Of a DNA stretch of 64,000 nt, positions 1-14,190 are shown piece after piece. Location: contig NC_043013.1 of NCBI RefSeq assembly GCF_006345805.1, forward strand, positions 33,666,001 to 33,730,000, given 5' to 3'. The notes beneath the pieces are model-generated. The model was not told where the DNA came from, did not search any database, and worked only from the letters and a program-made list of their open reading frames with translations. The DNA comes from Octopus sinensis (Eukaryota). Position 1 is the first letter of the stretch; the number at the start of each line of letters is the position of its first letter. Both the position numbers and the translations under genes were made by a program.

Positions 1-468
1 ATCTACCCCGAAACGCTGAAAGGCAAAGTCGACCTCGGTGGAATTTGAACTTATAACATAAAGACAGACGAAATACCTATTTCTTTACTACCCACAAGGG
101 GCTAAACACAGAGGGAACAAACAAGGACAGACAAGCGGATTAAGTCGATTATATCGACCCCAGTGCGTAACTGGTACTTAATTTATCGACCCCGAAACGA
201 TGAAAGGCAAAGTTGACCTCGGCGGAATTTGATCTCAGAACGTAGCGCCAGACGAAATACCTATTTCTTTACTCCCCACAAGGGGCTAAACACAGAGGGA
301 ACAAACAAGGACAGACAAACGGATTAAGTGGATTATATCGGCCACAGTGCGTAACTGGTACTTAATTTATCGACCCCGAAAGGATGAAAGGCAAAGTCGA
401 CATCGGCAAAATTTGAACTTAGAACGTAACGGCAGACGAAATACCAAGCATTTTGTCCGGCGTGCTGA
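1..468 (-). mobile_element. SINE family A, head-to-tail multimer (about 3 units, ~188 bp period, truncated by the window edge)
   Basis: Core cccgaaaggatgaaaggcaaagtcgacctcggcggaatttgaactc occurs three times. Junctions gacgaaatac|ctatttctttact lie at about 68-90 and 252-273. Confidence 0.9.
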
Positions 469-894
469 ATTTAATTGATATTATCGATAAATTGGTCCTT
501 TCAAGCGATAGAGTTTTCTTATTTTGAGTCTTAAGTTACCCATGCTTCCGTAAAACTTGAATGTTTAGAGGAATATTGACTAAACTGATGTTTCTTTGGT
601 CAGTTTCTTCCGTTCTATAAATATTTGTTCTTGAAAAGAGCTTATCGACGTTTCCCAATAGTAAGAACAGGTTAATAAGTTCTCTTTGAGAAGGATATGT
701 AATATCTAATGCAGCTAATACAAATATAAAGGACTAAAATGTGAAATCTAACAGTGAAAAAAAAAATGAAAATTAGGCCTTTAGAGACTAGCGAGTAAAT
801 TACTCTTAGAAAATTGCTTAATTAAACTATTGTTGTATGGTAGAAACTGGTGATAAAAGGCTTTATGATTGCTGATGATTCCTGTTAGTAAATG

Positions 895-1168
895 AGGCGC
901 AGGAGTGTCTGTGCGGTACGTAGCTTGCTTACCAACCACATGGTTCCGGGTTCAGTTCCACTGCGTGGCAAATTGGGCAAGTGTTTTCTACTATAGCCTC
1001 GAGCCGACCAAAGCCTTGTGAGTGGATTTGGCAGACGGAAACTGAAAGAAGCCCGTCGTATATATTTATACATATATGTGTGTGTGCATGTCTGCGTGTA
1101 TGTTTGTGTGTTTGTGTTTGTCCCCACCCATCATCCCATGACAACCGATGTTGGTGTGTTTACGTCCC
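895..1168 (+). mobile_element. SINE family B (tRNA-like head, internal TA/TG microsatellite), 3'-truncated
   Basis: aggcgcaggagtg...ggttccgggttcagttccactgcgtggc...gggcaagtg matches about 12 other copies in the window. Confidence 0.85.
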
Positions 1169-1169
1169 T

Positions 1170-1260
1170 AAGCTCCATGAGGCTCAGAGGGGGGGTGAAC
1201 CCCGTTGTACTCTTTCACCACAACTTTCTCTCACTCTTTCTTCCTACTTCTGCCACAAAG
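1170..1260 (+). mobile_element. Internal fragment of SINE family D
   Basis: gttgtactctttcaccacaactttctctcactctttcttcct matches 39720-39762. Confidence 0.65.
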
Positions 1261-1576
1261 CAAAGGAAAAATTGTGTAACCCACTGTGGTGTGATAAAGT
1301 TTCAGACACTAGTCTAGATTGCGAATCCTCTGTACCCAAGGATGGTTCCAGCCGTTAAAAGCCACCGTTTATGGAATGAAGATAACAATGTAGCTTTCGC
1401 GCCCATGCAACCGCCTGTCTATCGCGTGTGGTGGGTGGCTCTTCAAGTTGCCTGACGCATTCTTAGTAGTTTAGAGTAGGCTTGAATTGGAGATTATTTT
1501 TTGTGGCTAATGGCGTGAATCCTGACTGGAAGAAGAAGAGGAAAAGGAAGAAGCTGCAACAACAGCAACAATAATA

Positions 1577-1792
1577 ATCCTTTCTAGTATAGGTAGAAGA
1601 CCTGAAACTTCGGGGAAGGGAATAAGTTGATAACATCGATCCTAGTACAGAACTGGTACTTCTTTTATCGACCCCTAAAGGCTGAAAAGCGAAGTCGATG
1701 TCGGCGAAATTTGAACTCGGTATGTTAAGTCAGACGAAATGCTGCTAAACATTTTGCCCGGCATGTTAACGGTTCTGCCAGTTCGCCGCCTT
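1577..1792 (-). mobile_element. SINE family A, diverged copy
   Basis: Core and head (ctgccagttcgccgcctt) are recognisable. Confidence 0.8.
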
Positions 1793-1877
1793 GCAAAAAC
1801 AACAATAATAATGATAACAGTATCATGTGTGTCTGTGTGTGGGTGTGCGGCTGAGAACGTTTGCATGAATATTTGCG

Positions 1878-1943
1878 AGAGAGAGAGAGAGGGAGAGAGG
1901 AAGAGAGAGGGACAGACAGAAAGAGAAAGAAATAGATAGATAG

Positions 1944-2015
<72 letters not shown>

Positions 2016-2058
2016 AAGATAGATAGATAGATAGATATATAGATAGATAGATAGATAG

Positions 2059-2105
<47 letters not shown>

Positions 2106-2415
2106 AAGCGAGAAAGAGAGAGAAAGTCATTCCGATAGAATGGAAGATAGATAGATAAATAGACAGACAGACAAAGTCGGTGGATAAATAGATATGTAGG
2201 TAGATATATTATCTAGTAAAATAAATAGATAGGTAAATGGAAAGGTAGGTAGGCAGAAATGTAGGTGAGGAGGTAGGTATGTAGGTAGGTAGATACATTG
2301 GTCGGTTGATAAGTAAACACAGATAGATAGATAGATACATACATACGTACATACATACATACGTACATACATACATACATACATGGATAGATGGATGGAT
2401 GCATTCATAGAAAGG

Positions 2416-2446
<31 letters not shown>

Positions 2447-2471
2447 GTAGGTAGATAGGTAGGTTAGTAGG

Positions 2472-2528
<57 letters not shown>

Positions 2529-2590
2529 GGATGGATGGATGGATGGATGGATGGATAGGCATGTTGAAAGATAGGTAGGGTTAGTAGCAA
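1878..2590. repeat. Composite microsatellite (GA)n-(GATA)n-(GGTA)n-(CATA)n-(GGAT)n
   Basis: Read directly from the sequence. It generates the spurious YLSI-repeat ORFs. Confidence 0.95.
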
Positions 2591-3129
2591 AGTAGCCAGC
2601 TAGATTAACAGGGACATAACTGTGATACAGATCTTGGTAAAAGCTGAAACTCTCGCAAAACATTTAATTGGCGCCAAAGACGAGAGGTTTCAAAATTTAC
2701 CAAGAAACATATCGAACACACCAAACAATGAAAAAACAAAACGGGAACGTATCATACAACAGGGTACACTAACGTCCTATTCACCTGAGCAATAAATCAT
2801 AAGGACCTGAAAACTAGAGCAAACCCATTGAAAATCCCTTACATCGGTTTGTAATTAACATAGCTATTACAACGTTGTTGTTGTAGTTATGTTAATAACT
2901 GTCTTTATATCTATAGAATATTGAAGCTGTCAGCATAGTTAGTGATTTCTATTATTTAACATGACATTATATTACTTAAAGAGTTCGCCTTCGCTAAAAA
3001 CATTAATTGTTCCAGTTTAGCTCATATTATTGACTCTTGAAAACACCACAATGTTTAAAGTGAGTTTTAAACCAACACATCATTATAAGCGTCTCTCATT
3101 CAATTTTCTGAATACGTACGACTTACACA

Positions 3130-3196
3130 TAATCATACATATACGCATATATGGGTGCACACACTAAAATATATCTATATACTTACATATACTTCC

Positions 3197-3229
<33 letters not shown>

Positions 3230-3560
3230 ATATATTATATATATATATATATATATAGATGTATATATATATACATATAATGTTTGTATATATATAGGTG
3301 TGCGTGTATAAATGTCTATATATGTATATGTATGTTTATATATAAATATATGTATATATATATATTCATATGTATATATATGTGTGTGTGTGTATGTATG
3401 TCTATATATGTATATCTATGTATCTATATAAATATATGTATATATATATTCACACACACACACTCACACACATACTTATATATATGTGTATGTATGTATG
3501 TATGCATGTAAGCATGTATGTATGTATGTATGTGTGTATGTATGTATGTATGTATGTATA
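3130..3560. repeat. (TA)n/(TATG)n microsatellite
   Basis: Read directly from the sequence. Confidence 0.9.
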
Positions 3561-3811
3561 GGCCTTATTGATGTCACTTCTAGTAATTATAAGGAATAAA
3601 AGCAACGGTACTGGCCATTGTATTTCTTCCTTAGATATTGTTGGCAGTCTCGACAATGAAACAACACTGATCAATGAAAGTAGCTATAGAAAGAGTCATC
3701 TATACGGTAAAGTTTCTACGACAAAACAAATCTATTAAAACAGACTCTACGAGTACGTATTTTCCTTTAACACATATATACATATAAATATATATATCTT
3801 TATATAGCACC

Positions 3812-3853
<42 letters not shown>

Positions 3854-4047
3854 AATAAACATACATACATACACATATATATATATGTATGGGTGTATAT
3901 ATATATATATATGGGTGTATGTATATACTTAATACATACGATCTTCAGTTTTGGCGCGTATAGAAAACTGATGTATTATTTATCCTTCAACAAAAGTTAA
4001 ATATATTGAGGTTGGAAAATTGAATTTTCTAATTAGATAAACCAAAC

Positions 4048-4080
<33 letters not shown>

Positions 4081-4245
4081 CATATATATATCTAAAAAGC
4101 ATATGCAAACAAAATTAAGAACAAAAAGGTTACAAAATATATATATATATATTATATATATATATATATACATATATATATCTAAAAAGCATATGCAAAC
4201 AAAATTAAGAACAAAAAGGTTACAAAATATATATATATATATATA
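4081..4245. repeat. Tandem duplication, ~90 bp unit x2
   Basis: catatatatatctaaaaagcatatgcaaacaaaattaagaacaaaaaggttacaaaat starts at 4081 and at 4171. Confidence 0.9.
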
Positions 4246-5747
4246 TATATAATATAAAAAACGAATGAAAACAATGGCAAAAGCAAATACAAGCACAAAG
4301 GGATATTTTAATGTAAAGCTTAAAATAAGGAGTAAATGAATACAAAATGAGATAAAAATTCCATTGAAAAGTGTTTTGTTTCTTCGAAATTATTATTAGG
4401 TTCTCTTAATAGAAATTGTCATTAAATTTATCTAAAAATACATTGAATGTTATAATAAATCAATAGAAGAAACATATATATTGTGTATGTAATGCTCATA
4501 TATTGACAATATTTCTATCTAACATTAACTTGCCATATGTAGGTTTACGCTATGAATGCATACAAAGAATTCACTTGCAATAAATCTTTTGATAATTTCT
4601 GCTGCATTATTGTAAAGACTTGCATAATTTAATATGTTTACGAATAATTCAGAAAGGGTTTCTCTTAATTTTGTTATTTTTGTTTATGCAAGTAAACAGA
4701 ATTTTAATCAATACTCTGAAATATTGGCATATTTGATTAGCTTCAAAAACCCTGCTATTTTTTTCTTTATATGTATAATAAGAAATGAGAAACTGTTTCT
4801 TTGATGCATCTACTAATGTTAGTAGCAGCAGCGTATGTCTGTTGGAGTTTATGAGACTTCAAGACACACACTCTCTGCTAATACATGGAGAATTATCTCC
4901 AAATGACCACATAGATATGTTACAAGCGATCACGTCAGACCACAAATATGTAACGTATTTTGAAGTCTATGGCCCCCGAATGGTAAGCACAAGGAATAGG
5001 CCCCAACACTATTAGAATATGACGAAATTATATCATCAGCGGATACCGAATATCTTAGGTCCCGGTGCCCATCGTATTAAGCTTATACCCATCAGCGGAT
5101 ACCGAATATCTTACCAGTACCACATTAAAACACCATCCTAAAAAGTAGTAAACCTCCCCAGATTCCATCGAGACACAGATAAAAATAATAATAATAAAGG
5201 GCATAAACACAGAAACAGCATCAATAAGTCAGTATTGCATAAACATTGTCCTAGGTTAGACGCCCAATAGATGGTAAGTGCTGAAGAACAACCCTTGTAT
5301 TCAGGGTTTGTGTCAGTTCGTTTACCTGACTCTTTTACAGGCACCACCAGACAGGGAAGCATCTGTCTGGCCTCTTGGCTTGTGACAGATAGCAAGCAAA
5401 GTCCATCCATGTTTTCGCCAAATAGAGATTGCCATTCAAATGCACTGCTTGATCTTATTTCGCTTTAAACTTATAAACTTCTTAACTGCTATAAATATCA
5501 TATACTTCGTTAATACTGATGTTGTTACTGAGGGTTCTTTTTAGTGGGGTGCAAAGTTCTCTTTAGCGGGATGCTGTCCACTATAAGGCTATTCTACCTG
5601 ATCTTCTAAACTGTTTTAACACTGTCCAAGATTTCTTTAATTCCTAATACACACGAGCGCGCGCACACACACTCACACAAACACACACACATGTACAGAC
5701 ACACGCAAACACACACACACACATACACACACACAAATGCATATGTA

Positions 5748-6060
5748 AAGGCGCGTGGCTTAGTGGTTAGGTCATTCGACTCACGATCGTAATGTCCCGA
5801 GATCGATTCCTGGCGAAGCGTTGTGTCCTTGAGCAAGACACTTTATTTCACGTTGCTCCTGTCCATTCAGCGGAAAGAAATTGAATAGTTACCTGCAAGT
5901 TAATGGACCAACCTTGTCACATTGTTTGTCACGCTGAATCTCCTTGATTACTACGCTAAGGTTACACGTGTTTGTGGAGTACTCAGTCACTCGCACGTTA
6001 ATTTCACCAGCAGACTATTTCGTTGACTGGATAAACTAGAACCATCGTCGTTATAACACT
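5748..6060 (+). mobile_element. SINE family C (tRNA-like head)
   Basis: ggcgcgtggcttagtggttagg...tccttgagcaagacactttatttcacgttgctcc. Its 3' part matches the reverse complement of 27481-27620. Confidence 0.85.
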
Positions 6061-6428
6061 GGTGTATGTATGTGTGTGTAATTATCTTTGTGTATGTTTG
6101 GGTTATATGCGATCACACTTTTGCTTGCCTAACCACGGTTAACGTTAATATACGATATAGATCTGCCATACATCTATCACGGACATTTTAGCGGCTGACG
6201 TATGTTGACGTTCGCTATCGTGTACTTTATCTCTTGAGGTGCGCGTGCTCGCCGTCCCGTGCATTATCTTAGCTATTTTAGGTTACGTTAAACTCATGAG
6301 ACTAGCAGTAAACCAATGGCATGCGGATACTTTACATGCATAATACTGTGTTTTGAGTTGTACCGCACGCAAGCTATTTTTTGAACTTGAGCAGAATAAC
6401 TAGTGCATATCATATTATGATAAATACC

Positions 6429-6660
6429 TATTTCTTTACTACCCACAAGTGGCTAAAAACAGAGAGGACAAACAAGGACAGACAAACGGTTTAAGTCGAT
6501 TATATCGACCCCAGTGCGCAACTGGTACTTATTTAATCGACCCCGAAAGGATGAAAGGCAAAGTCAACCTCGGCGGAATTTGAACTCAGAACGTACTGGC
6601 AGACGAAATACCGTTACGCATTTCGCCCGGCGTGCTAACGTTTCTGCCAACACGCCGCCT
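6429..6660 (-). mobile_element. SINE family A, full length with 14-bp TSD
   Basis: ttatgataaatacc at 6415-6428 and 6660-6673 flanks the element. Confidence 0.92.
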
Positions 6661-7452
6661 TATGATAAATACCTTAACATAGTTCGTTTTCATAAACCTG
6701 CAGACGTAAATGTACGACGCTATGTTATTGCAACGATGAACGTAAATAGACGCGAGCTCGTTGGCACTTGTGTTTGTGTGGTCTCATTAGATAAAAAAAA
6801 AACGGAGCAGTGTCCCGCATGCTTCGGGTAATACCGGCATCAAGGGATTAACCACTACGTTATACTCCTCCGCTATGCTTCGTTAATATTGATGTTGTTA
6901 CTGAGTCGCTACAGAGCTCTCTTTAACGGGTTGCTGGCCACTTCTTTCCGCCTATAAGGCTATTTTACCTAATTCCCTAAGCTGTTTTAACAGCGTTCAA
7001 GATTTCCTTAATTCCTAATACACACACACACGCACATACACATTCATATGTGAAGGCGTGTGGCTTTGTGGTTAGGGCCTAAATTTGTGGAAGAAGGCTG
7101 AGAAGGTATTCGTAGAAATGGACATGTAGATAATAGTCTGTTTCGCAGATTTTTAGGGCATCAGAACATTACAATGCTTGAATATAATATTGTAGACGTG
7201 TAGCTAAAGTTTAGGCGTGATTTCTCACTGAGATGATTACAGGTGGTTATTGCTGATTTGTGGTTTAGTATGACGGTTGTGCCATGTGCAGATATATATA
7301 TATGTGGTTAGATGTGACTAGAGGGGGACGACTGGGAGCTTCTAACTAAAAGGTTACAGAGATTCTCATCCGTTTACTGCGTCTCCATATCTATCTTCGC
7401 TATATACATACGCACACACACACAGACACACATGTGCGTATATGAATGTCTG

Positions 7453-7485
<33 letters not shown>

Positions 7486-7772
7486 TTTCTTTTTCTTTTT
7501 TTTTCCTCTTCCCCTTTTTTCCCCCTTTTTTCATTTCTCTTTTCTTTTGTTCCTTTTCCTTTATTTCTTTTTTTTTTAATTTTAAAAAAATTTAATTTTT
7601 TGTTCTTTTTTTCCCTTTTACGATCCCTTTTGATCGAAAACCTACGCCACCTTTTTTTTGTTTCTTTTGTTTTTTGTTTTTTGTTTTTTTCATACCCGGA
7701 TAGAAAAGCTCTACCTTGTAACTTGTCCCATCTGTGTGCAGCCCTGTGTGGCCAATAAAGAAACTTATCTAT

Positions 7773-7821
<49 letters not shown>

Positions 7822-10134
7822 AGTACATCTGTATATCTCTATCCACCTCTCTCTCCCTTGCTCTGTGTCTATATATACCATATGTTACATATTTATTATA
7901 ACATACCTTGATACTGTGTGGACTAAAATCTCCGTTGACAGGCTGTTGGTATTTATAGAGTGTTAAACGCATTTGGTATGCAAATTAGGGTTTCCTTCCT
8001 AGAGAAACTGCTGCGTTGTGCCTGTCTTATTTCTCTGGAGACTGTCCGAATGGAGTGGACGCTTCTGAAGGGAATCCAAAAATGTTCGATAATCGATTAA
8101 GGTTGTCCATGGTTTTTTCAGGATAAATATATATATACATACATATGTGTATGTATACATACATACATATGAGTATGTATGCATATACGCACACACATAT
8201 CCAACAAGGCAGGGGAGAAAAAAGAGGGTGACAGCAAATATAAAGTAAGTAAATAGGAAAGGAGAGAGATATATTCAGCTATGGATAGTTAAATAATTAA
8301 CTAGTGAGCTATCTCGATAGATAGATAGGTTGGAAATGGGTGCATACTAAGATAGATAGTATATTATATATACAGAGGTCAATAAAGAGATATAAGCGAC
8401 GTATATTTAGATTGATCGATAAATCGATACGTATATATATATATATATATATATACGTTTGTGGTGAGTTGTGTGTATGAGTATATGTCTACAAACATAT
8501 ATGTGGTTGTACGTGTATGTATATATATGTGTATGTGAGAGAGAGAGTGAGTGTGTGTGTGTGTGTATGTATATATGCCTGTATGTATAACATATATGTA
8601 TACATGTATACAGATATGTAAAGAGAGAGAGGGAGAGAGAGCGATAAACTAATAGAGAGATTTTTAAAATTAATTGTTTGCTCAATATATATATATATAT
8701 ATACTTACATATATGTATACATGTGTATATATAGATTTGTGTGTGTGTGTGTGTGTGTAAATTTATTGATTGAAGCATTTTTTTCATTGATCTATTGCTT
8801 GAATGAATGAATAAGTGAATGAATGGATAATTGATTGATTGATAAATAGATGTACCAAAAGAAAAAAAAAATAATAATAATAACAATTATTGAAAGACAG
8901 AGTACTGTTAGAGTAATAGCAAAAATAATATCAGAGAGATGCGTAGATACGTAGACAGAGGTTAGACTTGTAGACAGAGAGGCATTAGAATTACAAGAGA
9001 ATCAGAGAGTTAGCAAATAGTATACCTATAAAGGAGCAGATATTTTTAAAATGAGAAAACAATGAAAGAACCAAAAGAAGATGAAAACAAAAATGATGTG
9101 TACGAAAAGGAGATAAATATGGTAGAAAAGGAAATTTAGAAAGAAGGAACGATTGAATTTAAGAAGTATATAAAGGAAGGAAGATATGTGGACAGAAAGC
9201 TTCGGGCGGGAGAATGCAGTATTGGAAGAATGGACTGAAATACCTGGTGTGTAGAAGGAGATGAACAAAGGTTTCAAGAAGAAGCCTTTCGGGTAAAAAC
9301 TGAAGAACTTATTATGATATTATGGGAAGATGCACACGTATAGACGCGTAGCGAGCGTAACAATGTTTTAAAGGAGTTTTAAAGAGAGGAAACTTGTAAG
9401 CGGGGAGTAGATTATAAAGAAAAGGTTACGTTAGGAATCATTGAATCACTTAAGTGGAGGAACAAGAATCAAATGCATAATTATTGTGCTACTAAGCATG
9501 AAATTTTAAACGAACGACCTCTCTCAGTCAATAAACCTAAAGAGAGAGAGAGAGAGAAACAGAGAAAGAGCGGGTGTGAGGGAAAGAGGGAGAGATGGCA
9601 TACAAGAAGAGAATGGGAGAGAATGAAAGGGGGGATTATTAGAGAGAAAGAGAGAGGAAACCAAGAAGGAATAAGAGAGGGGAGCAAAGATTTACTGTTT
9701 AAAATTGCCCCTACCCATTCCTCTCTCCTCGTGTAGTGTGTATAAAATTTTCGTTAAATAGCTTTTAATAAAGTTATGCCAAGCGTTTTCGAAATAACTT
9801 CCTTATACTATGGACGGAAATATGCCGCCAGCGCTAATCCTGTAACGTATCTCGTAAATCTTCGACCAACGAGCTTTTCAGAAACTCACAACTAAAAGCC
9901 AGATTGGCTCATTAATTTTTATATGATGTTTGCTTTTATCAATAATTAGGAAATGATGAAGTTGCTAACTTAACAGATTTTCTTCTTGTATGTACAACTC
10001 GTAGTTTGAAGTCTTGGTAGTGGTAGTGGCAGTGGTCGTGGTGCTCGTTGTTATTGTTTTTGAGATGTTGTTTTGGTTTGTTTTTTGCAAGATATTTTTA
10101 AAATTCCGATGAGGATTATAATCGGGATGACGAA

Positions 10135-10144
10135 TTGTTATTAC

Positions 10145-10225
<81 letters not shown>

Positions 10226-10560
10226 TGGTAGTAGTAGTAGTGGTAGTGTTAGTGGTAGTAGTAGTAGTAGTATCACCATCATCATCATCATCGTCGTCGT
10301 CGTCGTCATCATTATCATCATCATCATCATCATCATCGCCGTCGTCGTCGTCATCATTATTATCATTTTCCGACAACGCTTGTAATCATCGTTTACATGA
10401 TGCTAATGGCAGTCGTAGTGATGGTGGTGGAGATGTTAGTGGTGGTGGTGGTGGTGGTGGTGGTGGTGATGATGAAGGTAGTGATGGTAATCACACGAGA
10501 AGGGAAGATGATGATAATGATGATGATGATGATGATGATGATGACGGTAGGATAAGATAA
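10135..10560. repeat. Trinucleotide composite (TAT)n-(TAG)n-(CAT)n-(GGT)n-(GAT)n
   Basis: Read directly from the sequence. Confidence 0.95.
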
Positions 10561-11099
10561 AAAATACAAAAATATGTTCATATACATACATGCAAGCACA
10601 CACACAGTCACACATACACACATACACACATACATATATATGCATATCCATATAAATACACATATATATATACACATACATAGATAGCCACGCATAGACA
10701 GGTATCATAATACCAGCCTCAAACCATACACAAACGTCTTTAAAAAGCTTGCATACATCGAACAATGTATTCACTGAATATACAATGAGACGGCATGATC
10801 AAGTCTGAAATGGTTTGGTTATTGATCTAATTGATAATGGTTAGCCTGGGCAACACATCGACGATAATACTTCTCTTTTCTAACACCGACACAGAGCAGC
10901 AATTTGATGTGAATAAGGTATCGTCAACTGAAAAACACGAGTGTATTGCTGGTACGGTAGATATCGACTCCGATCGGGATTGCAATACGTAGATCAATCG
11001 CTTTGGTATAAGCTTTATCTCTCATTCTGCAGAACTACGTAAAATATGTACAAAGTGGAGAACATGCACACGAGCCAGCGTGAGAAAATGTTCATGTGA

Positions 11100-11250
11100 C
11101 ATAACGGAATACATACCCAAACACATAAGCATGCTTTGGTAGGCCCGAGGTTATAGTAGGGCAGAGTTTCGTAAGGTGCCACGCATTGAGACTGAACCCA
11201 GAACCACGTGATTTGGAAGCTAGCTTCTTGCCACACAGCCATGTCTGCGT
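11100..11250 (-). mobile_element. SINE family B fragment
   Basis: gtgccacgcattgagactgaacccagaaccacgtg...ccacacagcc. Confidence 0.75.
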
Positions 11251-11260
11251 GTATATATAT

Positions 11261-11295
<35 letters not shown>

Positions 11296-11408
11296 GTATG
11301 TATGTGTGTGTGTATGTATATATTTATATATATGTGTATGTATATATATATATATATATATATATACATACATATATATGCATATATGTATGTATGTATG
11401 TATACTTA

Positions 11409-11600
11409 TGCAGGTGTGGCTGTGTGTCAAGAAGCTTGCTTCCAAATCACATGGTTCTGAGTTCAGTCCCAGTGCGTGGCACACCGGGAAAGTGTGTTCT
11501 ACTATAACCTCGAGCCGACCAAAGCCCTATAAGTGGATTTGGTTGACGGCAACTGTAAGAAGCTCATCGTATATATGTATATGTATATAATTGTATATAT
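11409..11600 (+). mobile_element. SINE family B, 5' half
   Basis: gcaggtgtggctgtgtg...cagtcccagtgcgtggcacaccgggaaagtg. Confidence 0.8.
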
Positions 11601-12074
11601 ATACATGTATATGTATATTTGTATATGTGGTGTGTCTTTGTCGTTTACTAATGTTTAGTAAACGAACTGTCACGTAAACAAAATCAAAACATTAGAGTTC
11701 GACGGTTAAATATACTAAAATATGGAATAAAAGCAACCGTTCTGATCACTTTGGCCGCCATGGCTTTTGCAGTAAATCACTAAATCATCCATAACTCTTT
11801 TATTATCCTCTCAAATTACACCTAAATCTCAGACAATAACAAATAATATCGTATTTATTGTCAGTGAAAATTATAGAATATAAAACAACTTTGATAAAAA
11901 TGTATACCTACTTTTCTGACGAAAACAATACCGTTCTGAACATTTTGGCCGCAACTGTATTTATGTATACATATGATAACAAGGAGACATACATGTCATA
12001 CACATATACATCTATCCAGCTAGGTTTCGTCTTCCGCCGATTTTTAATTAGAAACTGTTTTCTAAAATTATACC

Positions 12075-12305
12075 TATTTCTTTATTACCCACAAGGGGCT
12101 AAACACAGAGGGGACAAACAAGGACATACATAGGTATTAAGTCGATTACATCGACCCCAGTGCCTAACTGGTACTTAATTTATCGACCCCGAAAGGATGA
12201 AAGGCAAAGTCGACCTCGGAGGAATTTGAACTCACAACGTAACGCAGACGAAATACCGCTAAGCATTCGCCCGGCGTGCTAACGTTTCTGGCAGGTCGCC
12301 GCCTT
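12075..12305 (-). mobile_element. SINE family A, full length with 10-bp TSD
   Basis: aaattatacc at 12065-12074 and 12306-12315. Confidence 0.92.
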
Positions 12306-12988
12306 AAATTATACCATCAAATGAATTCTTTATGAAACAGAATAACACAGTGTGATTTTATAAAGGTTTTGCTTGCGATATTTTCGCAAATCTTAAATTT
12401 AAAGTTTTTTTTCATATTATTCAGACGCTGTATTCCAAAATTATATCATCAATTTCTAAAAACATAATCTGGTAGAGAATTGGTTGCACCAGTATCGCAA
12501 GCCTTCTACTAACCTACTTCGATTAGGCTTATGACTAAAAATGTTCTAATGGTTCTCATCTCATTCTTTAAACAAAACTGTTTCAAGGACGGTGTATATG
12601 CCAGAGTTATCCCATGCATATATTCCATGTCACAATATTATTCTATAGATAATCGTAGTGATATCTACCCTGGTAGAAACATTTTTGTTGCTTATGGATT
12701 TTATTGTCATTGTTGCCGTTGTTGTTTGTATCCCCAAAATGTTTGATTAAGCGGACCATGACGAAAACTATTCAAGTGGTGAGCATTTAATCTTTTAACT
12801 TTCCATCAGTCTATATAGGACTATTACCTAATCTACCAGTCAATTTTTTTTAAGCAACGGGATCTGACGCAAGGTTGTTGGGATATTTATTAGCTTGCAT
12901 GTGTTGTATTCGGTTTTATGGTGGGCTGATATTTTCATGTCTGTATGTCCAATATAATGAATGAAAAGCTGATTATTCTTATATTATT

Positions 12989-13221
12989 TATTTCTTTACT
13001 ACCCACAAGGGGCTAAACACAGAGGGGACAGACAAGGACAGACAAAGGGATTAAGTCGATTATATCGACCCCACTGCGTAACTGGTACTTAATTTATCGA
13101 CCCCGAGAGGATGAAAGGCAAAGTCGACCTCGGCGGAATTTGAACTCGGAACGTAACGACAGACGAAATACGGCTACGCATTTCGCCCGGCGTGCTAACG
13201 TTTCTGCCAGCTCGCCGCCTT
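12989..13221 (-). mobile_element. SINE family A, young full-length copy with 16-bp TSD
   Basis: ttattcttatattatt at 12973-12988 and 13222-13237. Confidence 0.93.
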
Positions 13222-14012
13222 TTATTCTTATATTATTGGTTACTTTAATGATGAGACTGAGTTTCTAAAATGAGCTCATTAAATGTTTTGCTATCTTATA
13301 GGCTGGGAATTGTAGGGTGTACAATATGTCAAGACTTCTATAGTTCATCTCATATAATAAGAGTGTATTACGTATGGAGGTCTTGTATTTCTAGCGCCTA
13401 AATTCGCCACAGAAATTCTATCGAACATTTTCCACAAATATAGGTAAATAGTATGGTGTAGATTCCTGTGAATTTTCCACTGAAATTCAATGAAATGGAT
13501 GGAAAACATGTATTGGATGGCCAAATCATGAAGAGTCAGTTTTCAGTCTGTGACTAATGCATTCTATATTGCCAAGAGATTTAGCTCTCACCGTTTGTAT
13601 TCCTAGTCCAAAGTTCTAAACAGCGGTATCAATGGGAAAATATCGAATGCTTTTGTGTCTTAACTATAAGTAGATTTATATGTCATTATCCTCTTACCAA
13701 AAGGAAGATTAACTAGAGCCAAAGAATGAGATACGTCTCCTTGCTATCCAGAGAGTAAGTTTAGCTGGGTTTCTTAGCATAAAATTAATGGCCGTAGTTG
13801 GTGGTCATCTGAAATTATTGAACATATAATATATGAAAACAACACGTTGGCTGATGTTTTCTCTTCGATACACTGTAAGTGAAAGAAAGCAAAAAAACAG
13901 AAAAAAAAATTGGTTCTTCCCGGCTGGATGGATGCTTCTTTTATTTTTAAACTGATTATAGGTTTCACACATGAAGGTTGATCTGAATTTAAACGGTAAT
14001 AACAAATATACA

Positions 14013-14190
14013 TACATACATAAATCCATCCATCCATACATACATACATACATACATCCATCCATCCATACATACATCCATCCATCCATCCATCCATCCA
14101 TCTATCCATCCATACATACATACATACATACATACATACATACATACATACATACATACATACATACATACATGCATACGTACATATATA
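14013..14190. repeat. (CATA)n/(CATC)n microsatellite
   Basis: Read directly from the sequence. Confidence 0.95.

Noticed and set aside
4785-5015. 76-aa non-repetitive ORF
   Set aside because: No recognisable motif and no convincing splice or promoter context; within chance expectation.
5034-5113. CRISPR-like repeat-spacer-repeat
   Set aside because: Only two repeats, no cas genes, and a eukaryotic context.
6421-6435. Apparent third GGTATTT multimer junction
   Set aside because: It is part of the 14-bp TSD rather than a remnant SINE unit.
7130-7172. Minus-strand ctgatg...gcgaaac hammerhead-like string
   Set aside because: The core lacks A9 and stems I and II do not pair convincingly; at most a very old remnant.
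9050-9520. Purine-rich stretch with a decayed-coding feel
   Set aside because: Multiple stops and no motif I can assign.
10116-10774. Homopolymeric amino-acid ORFs (likewise 63257-63890)
   Set aside because: Trinucleotide repeats read open on both strands.
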